Part shown: one piece after another, positions 29,359 to 39,053 of the stretch
How the letters are laid out: each line of letters starts with the position of its first letter
Position numbering within the stretch: position 1 is the stretch's first letter
Assembly (NCBI GenBank): GCA_021823345.1
Contig: JAKAOF010000007.1
Span: forward strand, 1 to 58,799
Reading direction: 5' to 3'
DNA: 58,799 bases
From: Thermoplasmata archaeon
Lineage (GTDB): Archaea; Thermoplasmatota; Thermoplasmata; Lutacidiplasmatales; UBA184
Program-made: the position numbers and the translations under genes
The notes under the pieces: model-generated
The model's input: the letters and a program-made list of their open reading frames with translations, nothing else
What the model was told of the DNA's origin: nothing
Database searches by the model: none

Positions 29359-30308
29359 GCCCTTCCTTCCGCCACGAGCGCCCGGAAATACTCCGAGGTG
29401 GACGCCAAGCCCTGTGCCAGGGGGACCTGCGGGGTCCATCCGAGGATCTCCTTCGCCTTCGATATGTCCGGACGACGCCGCTCGGGGTCGTCCTCCGCCT
29501 TCTCCACGCGGACGATCTCGGAGCGGCCGCCGGTGAGCTTCTGCACCTTCTCGGCGAGGTCCCCCACCGTGACCTCCTCCAGCGGATTTCCGAGGTTGAT
29601 GGGGCCGACGAACGACTCGGAGGTTCCCAGTCGCCGGAGCCCCTCGACGAGGTCGTCCACGAAGCAGAACGAACGGGTCTGCTTCCCGGTACCGTAGATG
29701 CGCAGCGGTGCGCCCTTCCAGCCCGCCACGAGGAAGTTCGAGACCACCCGCCCGTCATCCGGGGCCATCCGCGGGCCGTAGGTGTTGAAGATCCGTGCGA
29801 TCCGGACGTCCGCCTGGCGTTCCCGGTGCCAGGCCATCGCGAGGGCCTCGGAGAACCGCTTGCCTTCATCGTAGCAGGACCGCACCCCGATCGGGTTCAC
29901 GTTCCCCCAGTAGGTCTCCGGCTGGGGGTGCACCTCGGGGTCCCCGTACACCTCGGAGGTGGAGGCGAGGACGAACCGTGCCCCGCACCGGCGCGCATGG
30001 GCGAGCAGTTGGGAGGTCCCAAAGGAGTTCACCTCGAGGGTGGCCACCGGGATCTCAAGATAGCGCGGCGGAGAGGCCGGGGACGCAAGGTGGTAGATGG
30101 CTCGGGCGCGCGGCAGCGCGAGCGGCTGGGTCAGGTCTCCCCGGATGAGGGTGAAGTCCGGCGACCTTCGGAGGGTCCGGAGGTTCTCCCGTCGGCCGCT
30201 CGAGAAGTTGTCGATGCCCACGACGCGGTGGCCGTCCCGCACCAGGCGTTCGGCGAGGTGGGAGCCCAGGAACCCGGCGGCACCGCTGACGATCACCGTG
30301 GGCTTCAT
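29355..30308 (-). CDS. UDP-glucuronate decarboxylase (UDP-xylose synthase)
   Basis: GAAGFLGSH, HLASPASP, STSEVYGDP, YWGNVNPIGVRSCYDEGKR motifs. Confidence 0.9.
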   Translation of the reverse strand: MKPTVIVSGAAGFLGSHLAERLVRDGHRVVGIDNFSSGRRENLRTLRRSPDFTLIRGDLTQPLALPRARAIYHLASPASPPRYLEIPVATLEVNSFGTSQLLAHARRCGARFVLASTSEVYGDPEVHPQPETYWGNVNPIGVRSCYDEGKRFSEALAMAWHRERQADVRIARIFNTYGPRMAPDDGRVVSNFLVAGWKGAPLRIYGTGKQTRSFCFVDDLVEGLRRLGTSESFVGPINLGNPLEEVTVGDLAEKVQKLTGGRSEIVRVEKAEDDPERRRPDISKAKEILGWTPQVPLAQGLASTSEYFRALVAEGRA

Positions 30309-31153
30309 CTTCCGTACTCACGAAGGGCGGCAAGGACGGCCTCCCGGAGGGCGGGGTTCCGCATCGCAAACTCGATGTTCGTCCGCAGCCAGATCGCCCG
30401 GTCCCCGATATCGTAGCGCCGTCCCTGGAAGGTGACGGCGTAGACCTTCTCCTGGTGGGCGAGGGTGTTGAGGGCCGTGGTGAGCTGCGTCTCTCCGGTG
30501 GCATCGGGAGCGGTCTCTTCGATCGCCCGGAAGATGCTCGGCGTGAGGAAGTACGCTCCGGTGATCCCCAGGCGGCTCGGGGCATCCTCCAGCCGGGGCT
30601 TCTCCACCATGCGCTCGACCTCGAGGACCCCGGGAGCGACCTCGTGGCCCTGGACGATACCGTAGTCCTTGACCTTGGAGTCCGGGACGGACTCGACCGA
30701 AAGGACGGAGTACTTCCCCCCCAGCTCCGTGAACCGCGTCTTCAGCTGCTCGAGGAGCGGCGGGGTGCAGACATTGATCGTGTCGCCGAGGAGCACGCCA
30801 AAGGGCTCGTGGCCGACGAAATGCTTTGCGCAATGGATGGCGTTCGCCAGCCCCTTCGGCATCCGCTGGCGGATGTAGTAGATCGAGACCTTGCGGGTGA
30901 GCGCCTCGAGCTCTTCGAGCTCGCGGGCCTCCCCGATGCTCCCGAGGTCGGGATTGTGGTCGAAGTAGTCCTCGACCGCCCGCTTTCCCCTTCCGGTGAT
31001 GATGACGATGTTGGTGGCACCGGCTGCGACCGCCTCCTCCACGACGTAGTGGATGACCGGCCGGTCGACGACGGGGAGCATCTCCTTGGGCATGCTCTTG
31101 GTCGCCGGTAGGAAACGGCGCCCCAGACCCGCGGCCGGGATGACGACCTTCAT
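30305..31153 (-). CDS. galU: UTP-glucose-1-phosphate uridylyltransferase
   Basis: VIPAAGLGRRFLPATKSMPKEMLPVVD, VEKP, RYDIG motifs; start ATG 31153. Confidence 0.92.
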   Translation of the reverse strand: MKVVIPAAGLGRRFLPATKSMPKEMLPVVDRPVIHYVVEEAVAAGATNIVIITGRGKRAVEDYFDHNPDLGSIGEARELEELEALTRKVSIYYIRQRMPKGLANAIHCAKHFVGHEPFGVLLGDTINVCTPPLLEQLKTRFTELGGKYSVLSVESVPDSKVKDYGIVQGHEVAPGVLEVERMVEKPRLEDAPSRLGITGAYFLTPSIFRAIEETAPDATGETQLTTALNTLAHQEKVYAVTFQGRRYDIGDRAIWLRTNIEFAMRNPALREAVLAALREYGR

Positions 31154-31216
31154 CTCCGGGGTCGAAAGGTCGAGAATTGATGAAGGACGCGCCCGGAGGT
31201 CCACCAGGGGGGAACG

Positions 31217-32566
31217 TCAGGACTTCGGAAGGGGGGGCGGTAGGGGAGTGGCCCGGAGGGCCCGACCATGGCCACTCCCTACGAACTCCCCGTCCTCCAC
31301 GATGCGGTTCCCCCGGACGTAATGGTCGACGGGGAAGATCGCGGACCGACCCTCGAAGGGCGTCCACCCGCAACGGGCGGAGAGGTTCCGCGCCCGCAGG
31401 GCACGCGGGGCCCGGAAGTCGAGGGTCAGGAAGTTCGCCTCGCACCCGGGCTCCAGCGCTCCCCGGGGGAGGCCGAGGTGAAGTGCCGGGTGGCGGGCGA
31501 TCGCCCGGACCAGCACTTGGAGGGGCAGGTCTCCCCGACGTACCAGCTCGAGCATGAGCGGCATCATCGTCTCGATCCCGGGCACGCCCGAAGGCGCTTC
31601 CGCGAAGGGCTCCTCCTTCAAGGAGATGGAGTGCGGGGCGTGGTCGCTGGCCAGCATCGGGATTCGGCCCGTCCGAAACCGTTCCCAGAGCTCTTTGCGG
31701 ACGGACTCGGCGCGCAAAGGAGGGTTCACCTTCTGGAACGCGGTCCCGAACACCGAGGAAGAGAGCAACAGGTGATGCGGGGTGGCCTCCGACCCGGCCC
31801 CGAGCTCCCGGGCCCGGTCGGCGGCGGCCGCCGTGGTGACGTGGGCGATATGGATGCGCAACCCCGGCGGAGGGCTGCTGAGCCGCTCGATGGCGGCGAG
31901 CTCCGCGGCGGCGGGGCGGAGTCGGTCCCAGGCGTCGGTCTCCGTTGGGGATTCCCGAGGATTGAACTTGGCCGGGTCCTCGGCGTGGACGTGGAGCGGC
32001 AATCCGGAGGCCCGTACTTCCTCCAGGAGGGTCGGGATCTCGGAGGTCTCGGGGACCTTGAGGTCCCCCGTGGTGGGAGCGAGGAAGAGCTTGAATCCCG
32101 CGGCCACGTGGCCGAGCCGACGCACCGAGGACGCTCCCGTCAGGGCGGCATAGGGGAGGATATCGATGTGGGCCCGGGCCCGGATGCGGGCGATCTTGTC
32201 GACCACCCGGTCGGCGGTCGTCGTGGGCGGTACCGTGTTCGGCATATCCACGGCGGCGGAGATCCCTCCCAGCGCCGCGCTCACGGTCCCGGAGTCGAAG
32301 TTCTCCACGCTGTCGGTGGGGCCGGGGTCACGGAAGTGGGCATGGAGGTCGATGCCGGACGGGAGAACCAGGAGGTCCCCGAGGTTCTTCCGGGGGCTGC
32401 CCCGCACGGACTTGCCCACGCGGGTGATGATGCCCTCCGCATCGACCCCGAACTCGAAATCCGTGATCTTGCCTCGCCAGTATCCCCGACCCTCGAAGAC
32501 CATGACGGGTTCGGCCTCCGGCTTCTTGGGAGGCTCTCGGATGCGGCCTCTCCGTCGCGCGGGCAT
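31217..32566 (-). CDS. pyrC: Dihydroorotase (amidohydrolase superfamily)
   Basis: DLHAHFRDPG, DMPNTVP, HAED, EATPHHL, KVNPPLR, SDHAPH motifs; the start may be further downstream. Confidence 0.88.
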   Translation of the reverse strand: MPARRRGRIREPPKKPEAEPVMVFEGRGYWRGKITDFEFGVDAEGIITRVGKSVRGSPRKNLGDLLVLPSGIDLHAHFRDPGPTDSVENFDSGTVSAALGGISAAVDMPNTVPPTTTADRVVDKIARIRARAHIDILPYAALTGASSVRRLGHVAAGFKLFLAPTTGDLKVPETSEIPTLLEEVRASGLPLHVHAEDPAKFNPRESPTETDAWDRLRPAAAELAAIERLSSPPPGLRIHIAHVTTAAAADRARELGAGSEATPHHLLLSSSVFGTAFQKVNPPLRAESVRKELWERFRTGRIPMLASDHAPHSISLKEEPFAEAPSGVPGIETMMPLMLELVRRGDLPLQVLVRAIARHPALHLGLPRGALEPGCEANFLTLDFRAPRALRARNLSARCGWTPFEGRSAIFPVDHYVRGNRIVEDGEFVGSGHGRALRATPLPPPLPKS

Positions 32567-32758
32567 CTTGCTAAGAATCGTGCTCCCGTCCCAGATCGGG
32601 ACGAACGCTGAGAGATGCAGGAGGCGGATGAGGATTGTCCTCCTTGCCTCGGAGAGGCACGTGTCAGGGTCTGCCCCCTTTCCACGGGGGGTCTATCTCA
32701 GCGACGTCCAAGAATCCGCCCCCTCGTGCTCGGCGGAGCCGCGTCGTGTGGGGAGAAC

Positions 32759-33562
32759 CTACGTGATATGGACCGACGCGAGGTCGACCGCACTCTTGGG
32801 ATATTCGAGCTTCATCCCTTTGAGCGTATCGATGAGGACCTTGGAGACCGCCCAGTTCCGGAACCACTTGTGGTTGGAGGGGATGACGTACCAGGGTGCC
32901 CACGAGGAGCTGGTCCGGGAGATCAGGTCCTCGTAGGCCACCTGGTACTGGGGCCAATACTGCCGCTCATGCAGGTCTGCCTCGCTGAACTTCCAGTGCT
33001 TTGAGGGATCGTCCAGCCGGGCTTGGAGGCGCGCCTTCTGCTCTTCCTTGTCGATGTGGAGGAAGAACTTGAGGATGGTGGTTCCCTCGTGGACGAGTTC
33101 CCGTTCGAACTCGCTGATGGCCCGGAACCGCTCCTCCCATTCCTCCTGAGGAACGAGATTGTGCACGCGGACGGCGAGCACATCCTCGTAGTGACTTCGA
33201 TTGAAGATGGTGATGTGTCCCTTGGCCGGGGTCTTGGCATGGATCCTCCAGAGGAAATCGTGGTCCAGCTCCGCCGGCGTGGGAACCTTGAACGAGGCGA
33301 CATGGACCCCCTGGGGGTTCACGCCGTCGAACACATGCCGGATCGTTCCATCCTTTCCGGCCGTGTCCATGCCTTGAAGGACCATGAGCAGTGCGTGCCG
33401 GTGGTCCGCGTAGAACAGCTCCTGCAGTCCGTCCAGTTCCTGGCGCAGGCCCGCGAGGCGTTGCTCGGCCTCCTCCTTCTTCCCGTCGAACGCGGAAGTG
33501 TCGTTCGGATCGAACCGGTTGATCTTGAACTTTCCATCGGTCGGAGCTCGCAGGTCCTTCAT
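32759..33562 (-). CDS. ppk2: Polyphosphate kinase 2 family phosphotransferase (class III-like)
   Basis: QGMDTAGKDG, HDFLWR, FNRSHYEDV, KHWKF motifs; start ATG 33562 after a purine-rich RBS. Confidence 0.92.
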   Translation of the reverse strand: MKDLRAPTDGKFKINRFDPNDTSAFDGKKEEAEQRLAGLRQELDGLQELFYADHRHALLMVLQGMDTAGKDGTIRHVFDGVNPQGVHVASFKVPTPAELDHDFLWRIHAKTPAKGHITIFNRSHYEDVLAVRVHNLVPQEEWEERFRAISEFERELVHEGTTILKFFLHIDKEEQKARLQARLDDPSKHWKFSEADLHERQYWPQYQVAYEDLISRTSSSWAPWYVIPSNHKWFRNWAVSKVLIDTLKGMKLEYPKSAVDLASVHIT

Positions 33563-33844
33563 CCGTTCCCCCTTCCCCTCAAAGACGGCATGGTCCTCCT
33601 CGCATATCAACCCACTTGAAGGATGCCGCACGCCGGGGTCGGACGGTCCCGGCCCGCCCCCCGATCTTGGTCCCATGACCCTCTCATTTTCCCCCGGAGA
33701 GCGGACGACGGCGGCGCAGGAATACGGATAGGTTGGATTTTCCGTACGATAGGGAGATGGGGGGCCGCCTTGTGGATGGAACATCTCCCGGCCGTGTGAC
33801 CCCGTAAGCCCAAGCCGCGAGACCCTGGAGGAATCACCCACCGA

Positions 33845-35941
33845 ATGATCTACCCGACCGCCCCCGAAGCGTTGCTCGAGGCCATGCTCGCCGCTATGCT
33901 TTCGGGAGTCATTACGGGTCTGCTCGGGAGAGCGGACTCCCGCCGGATGGCCCGCGTCTCGTTCGCCTTCTCGGTGCTCGGATGCGCGCTCATGGCGGCC
34001 TTGGCCCTGGGCATCTTGCTCGACGGGATGTCGTTCTCCCTCGCGGCGGGCGTCCCGGGAGGAACCTCCGCTTCCCCCCTCCTCGCGGTGAGCTTTTCCT
34101 CGGACCCCTTGTCGGGGCTCTTCCTGTTCCTGCTCGGATTCGTGGGCGGCGCGATCTCGGTCGCATCCCTCGGGTATGTGGACCGGTACGTGCACGAACG
34201 TCCGGCCACCCTCGCTTCCTTCTTCGCCCTGTTCCTCGCCACCATGGCGCTCGTGGTGCTCGCGGGGACGGTGTTCGCGTTCCTGCTGGCGTGGGAAGCG
34301 ATGACCCTCGTCTCGTACTTCCTGGTGGTCCACGAGCATTCTGCGTGGGAGGTCCGTCGGGCCGGGCTCACCTATCTCGTCATGAGCCATGCGGCGGCGG
34401 CAGCGATCCTCGTCTCGATGATCCTTCTCAGCATAGGCACCGGCACGACCTCGTTCGCCCAGATGGCGACGCTCGCCGGCGGTCTCTCCCCCCTGGTACG
34501 CGATTGCGTGTTCCTCGCCGCGGTCATCGGCTTCGGCACGAAGGCCGGTCTAGTGCCGTTCCATATCTGGCTCCCCGAAGCGCATCCCTCGGCCCCGAGC
34601 AACGTGTCGGCGCTGATGTCGGGCGTGATGATCAAGATCGGTGTGTTCGGGGTGTTGCGGATCGTGTTCCAGGTGCTGGGGGTCGGTCCGGACTGGTGGG
34701 GATTCCTGCTCCTTGCGTTGGGGGGACTTTCCGCCATCGTGGGCGTGCTGAACGCGATCGCCCAGCACGACCTCAAGCGTCTCCTCGCGTTCCACTCGGT
34801 GGAAAACATCGGGATCATCTTCATGGGGCTCGGGGCCGCCCTCGTGTTCCTGTCCCTCGGGTCGTCGGTCCTGGCCGCGCTCGCGTTGCTCGCCGCGGTC
34901 CTTCACACCCTGAACCATGGGCTGTTCAAGGCCCTGCTCTTCCTGGGCGCGGGCGCGGTGGTCGGGGCCACCGGGACCCGCGACATGGAGAAGATGGGGG
35001 GAGTGGTCCGGGCGATGCCCGGGGTGGCGCTCGGGTTCCTGGTGGGCGCCATGGCGATCTCCGCGCTGCCCCCGTTCAACGGCTTCGTGAGCGAGTGGCT
35101 CCTCTTCCAGGCGTTCTTTGGGGCCTTCGCGACCGGGTCGCTCTCGACGGAGATCGCCTTCACGGTGGCGGCGGCCACTCTGGCGCTCGCGAGCGGCTTG
35201 GCCGCGTACTGCTTCGTGAAGGCCTTTGGGGTCACCTTCCTCGCCCGCCCTCGCTCGAGCGCCGCCGCGGAGGTCTCCGAGGATGCTCCCGGTTCGATGC
35301 GGGGAGGGATGGCCCTCTTGGCGGGGGCATGCCTCGCGATCGGGGTCGTTCCCTCGCTCTTCCTCGGGCTCTTCGAAGGAACGCTCCGAGAGCTCACCGG
35401 GGCGGGTCTGCCGTCGTATTCACCGTGGGCCTGGCTCTCGTCGCTCCCTCGTCCCGCTCCCGGCTCCCCGGACGCCGGAGGAACGATCGCCTTCGGGATC
35501 GTGGCGGTCCTGTTGGCGGTCGGGATCGTCGCCGCCTGGGGGTTCCGTCGTATCGGCGCCAAGGCGCCGGCGGAGAGCGTGCCCATGTGGGATTGTGGGA
35601 TGGACGCCCCCTCCGCCCGGATGGAGTACACCGCAAGTGGTTACGCCCAGCCGATGCTCCGGGTCTTCTCCGCGTTCTATCGTCCCCAGCAACACAGTGC
35701 CCTGACGGAGCTCGGTGGCGCCCGTCCGGGGGTGCTCGCGAAGACGCAGGAGTTTGAGACGGAGGTCGAATACCCGTTGGTCGAGCGGGGATACAATCCG
35801 CTGGCCGATGGGTTCTTCTCCCTCGCCCGGAGGGTGGGCCGCCTGCAGTCGGGAGGGATCCACGCCTACCTTGCCTACATGATCCTGACGCTCGTCGTTC
35901 TGCTCATCGCGGTACGATTCTTCGGAGGGGTGGGCCCGTGA
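33845..35941 (+). CDS. hyfB: Ehr/hydrogenase-4 antiporter-like membrane subunit (HyfB-like)
   Basis: KAGLVPFHIWLPEAHPSAPS, KRLLAFHSVENIG, WDCG..RMEYTAS motifs. Confidence 0.88.
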   Translation: MIYPTAPEALLEAMLAAMLSGVITGLLGRADSRRMARVSFAFSVLGCALMAALALGILLDGMSFSLAAGVPGGTSASPLLAVSFSSDPLSGLFLFLLGFVGGAISVASLGYVDRYVHERPATLASFFALFLATMALVVLAGTVFAFLLAWEAMTLVSYFLVVHEHSAWEVRRAGLTYLVMSHAAAAAILVSMILLSIGTGTTSFAQMATLAGGLSPLVRDCVFLAAVIGFGTKAGLVPFHIWLPEAHPSAPSNVSALMSGVMIKIGVFGVLRIVFQVLGVGPDWWGFLLLALGGLSAIVGVLNAIAQHDLKRLLAFHSVENIGIIFMGLGAALVFLSLGSSVLAALALLAAVLHTLNHGLFKALLFLGAGAVVGATGTRDMEKMGGVVRAMPGVALGFLVGAMAISALPPFNGFVSEWLLFQAFFGAFATGSLSTEIAFTVAAATLALASGLAAYCFVKAFGVTFLARPRSSAAAEVSEDAPGSMRGGMALLAGACLAIGVVPSLFLGLFEGTLRELTGAGLPSYSPWAWLSSLPRPAPGSPDAGGTIAFGIVAVLLAVGIVAAWGFRRIGAKAPAESVPMWDCGMDAPSARMEYTASGYAQPMLRVFSAFYRPQQHSALTELGGARPGVLAKTQEFETEVEYPLVERGYNPLADGFFSLARRVGRLQSGGIHAYLAYMILTLVVLLIAVRFFGGVGP

Positions 35942-36906
35942 CCCCGCTCGAACTGGTCGTCGGGGTGCTCCTGCTCCTCGGAGAGTTCGCGGTGGTGCTC
36001 TTGCTCAGTCCGCTCCTCATGGGCGTGATCCGCCGGGTCAAGGCGCACAGTCAGCGGCGGGTCGGTTCCCCGCTCCTCCAACCTTACCGGGAGTTGCGCA
36101 AGCTGATCGCCAAGGACTCCCTCTACGCGGAGAGCGCGAGCTTCGTGACGCGCGGGGCTCCATGGATCTCGTTCGCCGCCCTTCTTTGCGCGGTGCCCTT
36201 CCTGCCGTGGTTCTTCCTCCCGAGCCCGCTCGGGTTCGCCGGGGACCTCATCGTGGTGGTCGGGCTCCTGGCCCTCTCGCGATTCATGACGGCGTTGGCC
36301 GCCCTCGACGCAGGCAGCACGTTCGGAGGGATGGGCTCGACACGGGACATGTGGATCGGGGCGCTCGCCGAGCCCACGTTCCTCCTCGTCATATTCGCCT
36401 GGGGGGCGCCGGCGGGATCCACGCAGGCCTCGGTCATCGTGGCCTACGGCATTTCGCTCGGGGCCGCCTATCTCAGCCCGGCCCTGCTCATCGCCTCCGC
36501 GGCGTTCTTCCTGGTGCTCTTGGCGGAGACCGGGCGGCTGCCCGTGGACAACCCCGCCACGCACCTCGAGCTCACCATGGTGCACGAGGCGATGGTGCTC
36601 GAGTATTCGGGGCGGGACCTCGCCCTCATCGAGTGGGGGAAAGCCGTCAAGTTCACGCTCCTCGCCGGGCTCTTCGTCAGCGTGCTGGTGCCCTGGGGCA
36701 TCGCCCAGTCCTGGGGGGTCGTGGCGCTCGTGCTCGGACTCGTCCTCCTCTTGGTGAAGCTGCTCGGCACGTCCTGGGCGATCGGGCAGTTCGAGACCCG
36801 AGTGGCGAAGTGGCGTCTTTTCCGATTGGCGGATCTTTCCACCCTCGCGGCCGCGCTCGCCCTCGGGTCGATCGTGTTGACCTACCTGGTCGGGGTGGGA
36901 CCGTGA
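35938..36906 (+). CDS. hyfC: Ehr/hydrogenase-4 NuoH-like membrane subunit (HyfC/HycD-like)
   Basis: QRRVGSPLLQPY, ETGRLPVDNPATHLELTMVHEAMVLEYSG motifs. Confidence 0.88.
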   Translation: MTPLELVVGVLLLLGEFAVVLLLSPLLMGVIRRVKAHSQRRVGSPLLQPYRELRKLIAKDSLYAESASFVTRGAPWISFAALLCAVPFLPWFFLPSPLGFAGDLIVVVGLLALSRFMTALAALDAGSTFGGMGSTRDMWIGALAEPTFLLVIFAWGAPAGSTQASVIVAYGISLGAAYLSPALLIASAAFFLVLLAETGRLPVDNPATHLELTMVHEAMVLEYSGRDLALIEWGKAVKFTLLAGLFVSVLVPWGIAQSWGVVALVLGLVLLLVKLLGTSWAIGQFETRVAKWRLFRLADLSTLAAALALGSIVLTYLVGVGP

Positions 36907-37559
36907 CCGGGGCGGGGCCGATGGCCCTCGAGCTCTGTGCCGCCGTGGTGCTTCTCGCCGCCTGGCTTTCCCTCGTCCACCGTCGACTCGAGGCGCAGAT
37001 CTATCTCTACGCCACCCAGTCGGCCGCCATCGCCGGCATCGCGTTCTTGGTCTCCATCCTCTACGCGACCCCGCTCCTCGCCGTGACGGGCGGGCTCATC
37101 GTCGGGCTGAACGTCGTCGTCATCCCCTGGCTCCTCCGACGGATCCTCCGGGACCTGCGCATCCCGCCCGAGATCAACATGCTGGTCTCCGTCCGGATGA
37201 GCGCCCTGGCCGGGCTCGGGTGCCTGCTGCTCTCCGTGGCCGTGATCGGCCCCCTCACTCCCCTCGCCGAGATCCCGGCGGCCGGCCTATTGCCCATCGC
37301 GGTCACCGTGGTGCTGATCGGTCTGTTCACCACCGCGACCCGGCGGAAGGCGTTCTCCCAGGTGTTGGGGATCCTCGGGATGGAGAACGGCGTCTTCCTC
37401 GCCGGGATCGCCCTCACCTACGGCCTGGGGCTCTTGCTCGAGCTCGGGATCGCGGCGAACCTCTTCGTGCTCGCCATCGTCAGCCGCCTTTTCCTGCACC
37501 GGATGAAGGACACGTTCGACACGGTGGATGCGGATGTCCTCCGCTCCCTGGAGGGCTGA
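36903..37559 (+). CDS. hyfE: Ehr/hydrogenase-4 membrane subunit (HyfE-like)
   Basis: RRKAFSQVLGILGMENG motif; GTG start overlapping the upstream stop. Confidence 0.82.
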   Translation: MTGAGPMALELCAAVVLLAAWLSLVHRRLEAQIYLYATQSAAIAGIAFLVSILYATPLLAVTGGLIVGLNVVVIPWLLRRILRDLRIPPEINMLVSVRMSALAGLGCLLLSVAVIGPLTPLAEIPAAGLLPIAVTVVLIGLFTTATRRKAFSQVLGILGMENGVFLAGIALTYGLGLLLELGIAANLFVLAIVSRLFLHRMKDTFDTVDADVLRSLEG

Positions 37560-37568
37560 TCCCCCGAT

Positions 37569-39053
37569 ATGGCCGATCCTTCCTGGGCACTCCTGCTGCT
37601 CCTCGTCCCGGCGGCGGCGGCCGGGATCGCCCTTATCGCCCCCAGCCGTCGGGGAGCGAATGCCACGGCGGTCGCGGGGGCCGCGGTCTCGTTGGTCCTC
37701 GTGTTCGCGATCGTGGACCAGATCCTGACCTCCGGAGCGTTGACCGTGGGCCCCGGGGGATTCCTCTACGTGGACGCCCTCTCGGGCCTCCTCCTTTTGC
37801 TCCTGAGCCTCGTGGGGCTCGCCTCGATCCTGTACTCCGTGGACTATCTGGGTCGCGCAACGAGCCCGCATGCGCTCCCCCTGCCGCGACTACGCCAGTA
37901 CTACGCCTTCGTCCTGCTGTTCCTCTTCACGATGTTCCTCGTAGGAGAGGCGAACAATTTGGGGCTCCTCTGGATCGCCCTCGAAGGGACCACGCTCGTC
38001 TCCGCGCTCTTGGTCGGATTCTACCACACCCCGCGGTCCATCGAGGCCTCCTGGAAGTACCTCATCCTCTGCACGGTGGGACTCATCTTCGCCCTGTTCG
38101 GGACCTTGCTCCTCTACCTCGCCGACGTCTCGGCGGTCGGGTCGAGCGGAGCCTCGCTCGATTGGACCGCGCTCATCCGGGAGGCACCCCACCTCGATCC
38201 GGGCATCATGCGACTTGCCCTGGTCTTCCTCTTCCTGGGGTACGGGACCAAGGCAGGGTTCGCCCCGTTGCACACCTGGCTCCCGGACGCCCACTCCGAG
38301 GCCCCGACGCCCGTCTCCGCACTCCTCTCGGCGGGGCTCCTCAAGTGCGCGATCTATGCGCTCCTGCGGGTCGATGCGATCACGTTGCGGATGCCGAACT
38401 TCACCTTCTCGACGTGGCTCTTCCTCTCCTTCGGGGTGGTCTCCGTCGTCCTCGCCGCGTTCTTCATCCTCATCCAACGGGACCTCAAGCGGCTCCTCGC
38501 GTACCACTCCGTCGAGCACATGGGGATCATCTCCCTCGGCATCGGCTTCGGCGGAGTGCTGGGCCTGTTCGGGGCCCTCTTCCACATGGTCAACCACGCG
38601 GCGACCAAGGCCACGTTGTTCCTCGCCGGGGGAGACCTGGCCTCAGCCGCCGGGACGAAGGACCTGGAGGAGATCTCCGGGGCCCTGACGGCGCTTCCCG
38701 GTACCGGAGCGGTGCTGTTCATCGGAGGTCTGGCCCTCGCGGGCGTCCCGCCCTTCTCCGTGTTTGCGAGCGAGTTCCTCATCCTCACCGCGGGGTTCGC
38801 AGGCGGCGCCTGGATCGCCGCCGTGATACTTCTGGTCGCCCTGGCCATCGTGTTCGGCGGGCTCCTGTTGCACCTCAGCCGCGCACTCCTCGGACCGACG
38901 CCGACCCGGGGCTTCTCCCGGGAGCGGGGCCCGGTGATCGGGACCGCCCTCGGCCTCGGCATCTTGTTGCCCATCGTGATCGGTTTGGGAGTGTTCCTGC
39001 CCACCCCCTTCGCCGCCCTCCTCCACGACGCCGTGCAAGTGGTGATCGGATGA
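37569..39053 (+). CDS. hyfF: Ehr/hydrogenase-4 antiporter-like subunit (HyfF-like)
   Basis: IEASWKYLILC, GYGTKAGFAPLHTWLPDAHSEAP, KRLLAYHSVEHMG motifs. Confidence 0.88.
   Translation: MADPSWALLLLLVPAAAAGIALIAPSRRGANATAVAGAAVSLVLVFAIVDQILTSGALTVGPGGFLYVDALSGLLLLLLSLVGLASILYSVDYLGRATSPHALPLPRLRQYYAFVLLFLFTMFLVGEANNLGLLWIALEGTTLVSALLVGFYHTPRSIEASWKYLILCTVGLIFALFGTLLLYLADVSAVGSSGASLDWTALIREAPHLDPGIMRLALVFLFLGYGTKAGFAPLHTWLPDAHSEAPTPVSALLSAGLLKCAIYALLRVDAITLRMPNFTFSTWLFLSFGVVSVVLAAFFILIQRDLKRLLAYHSVEHMGIISLGIGFGGVLGLFGALFHMVNHAATKATLFLAGGDLASAAGTKDLEEISGALTALPGTGAVLFIGGLALAGVPPFSVFASEFLILTAGFAGGAWIAAVILLVALAIVFGGLLLHLSRALLGPTPTRGFSRERGPVIGTALGLGILLPIVIGLGVFLPTPFAALLHDAVQVVIG

Noticed and set aside
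32655-32705. TPP-riboswitch-like GCTGAGA...ACCC...CCTGA on the minus strand
   Set aside because: Lacks the conserved 3' half (TAAT...GCG.AGGGA), and the downstream gene is not thiamine-related.
33751-33805. Possible fluoride riboswitch before the hyf-like operon (GGAGATGG...TGACCCC)
   Set aside because: The P1 stem does not pair as required and the sequence forms a simple GGGAGATG/CATCTCCC hairpin; an RF01734 scan would settle it.
37220-39049. Apparent long N-terminal extensions in the ORF track (also the ORFs 4641-6392, 6652-8484, 13305-14684, 32759-34390 and 39232-41559)
   Set aside because: The extensions overlap real genes in other frames; internal starts overlapping upstream stops or following an RBS explain them, so they are not fusions.
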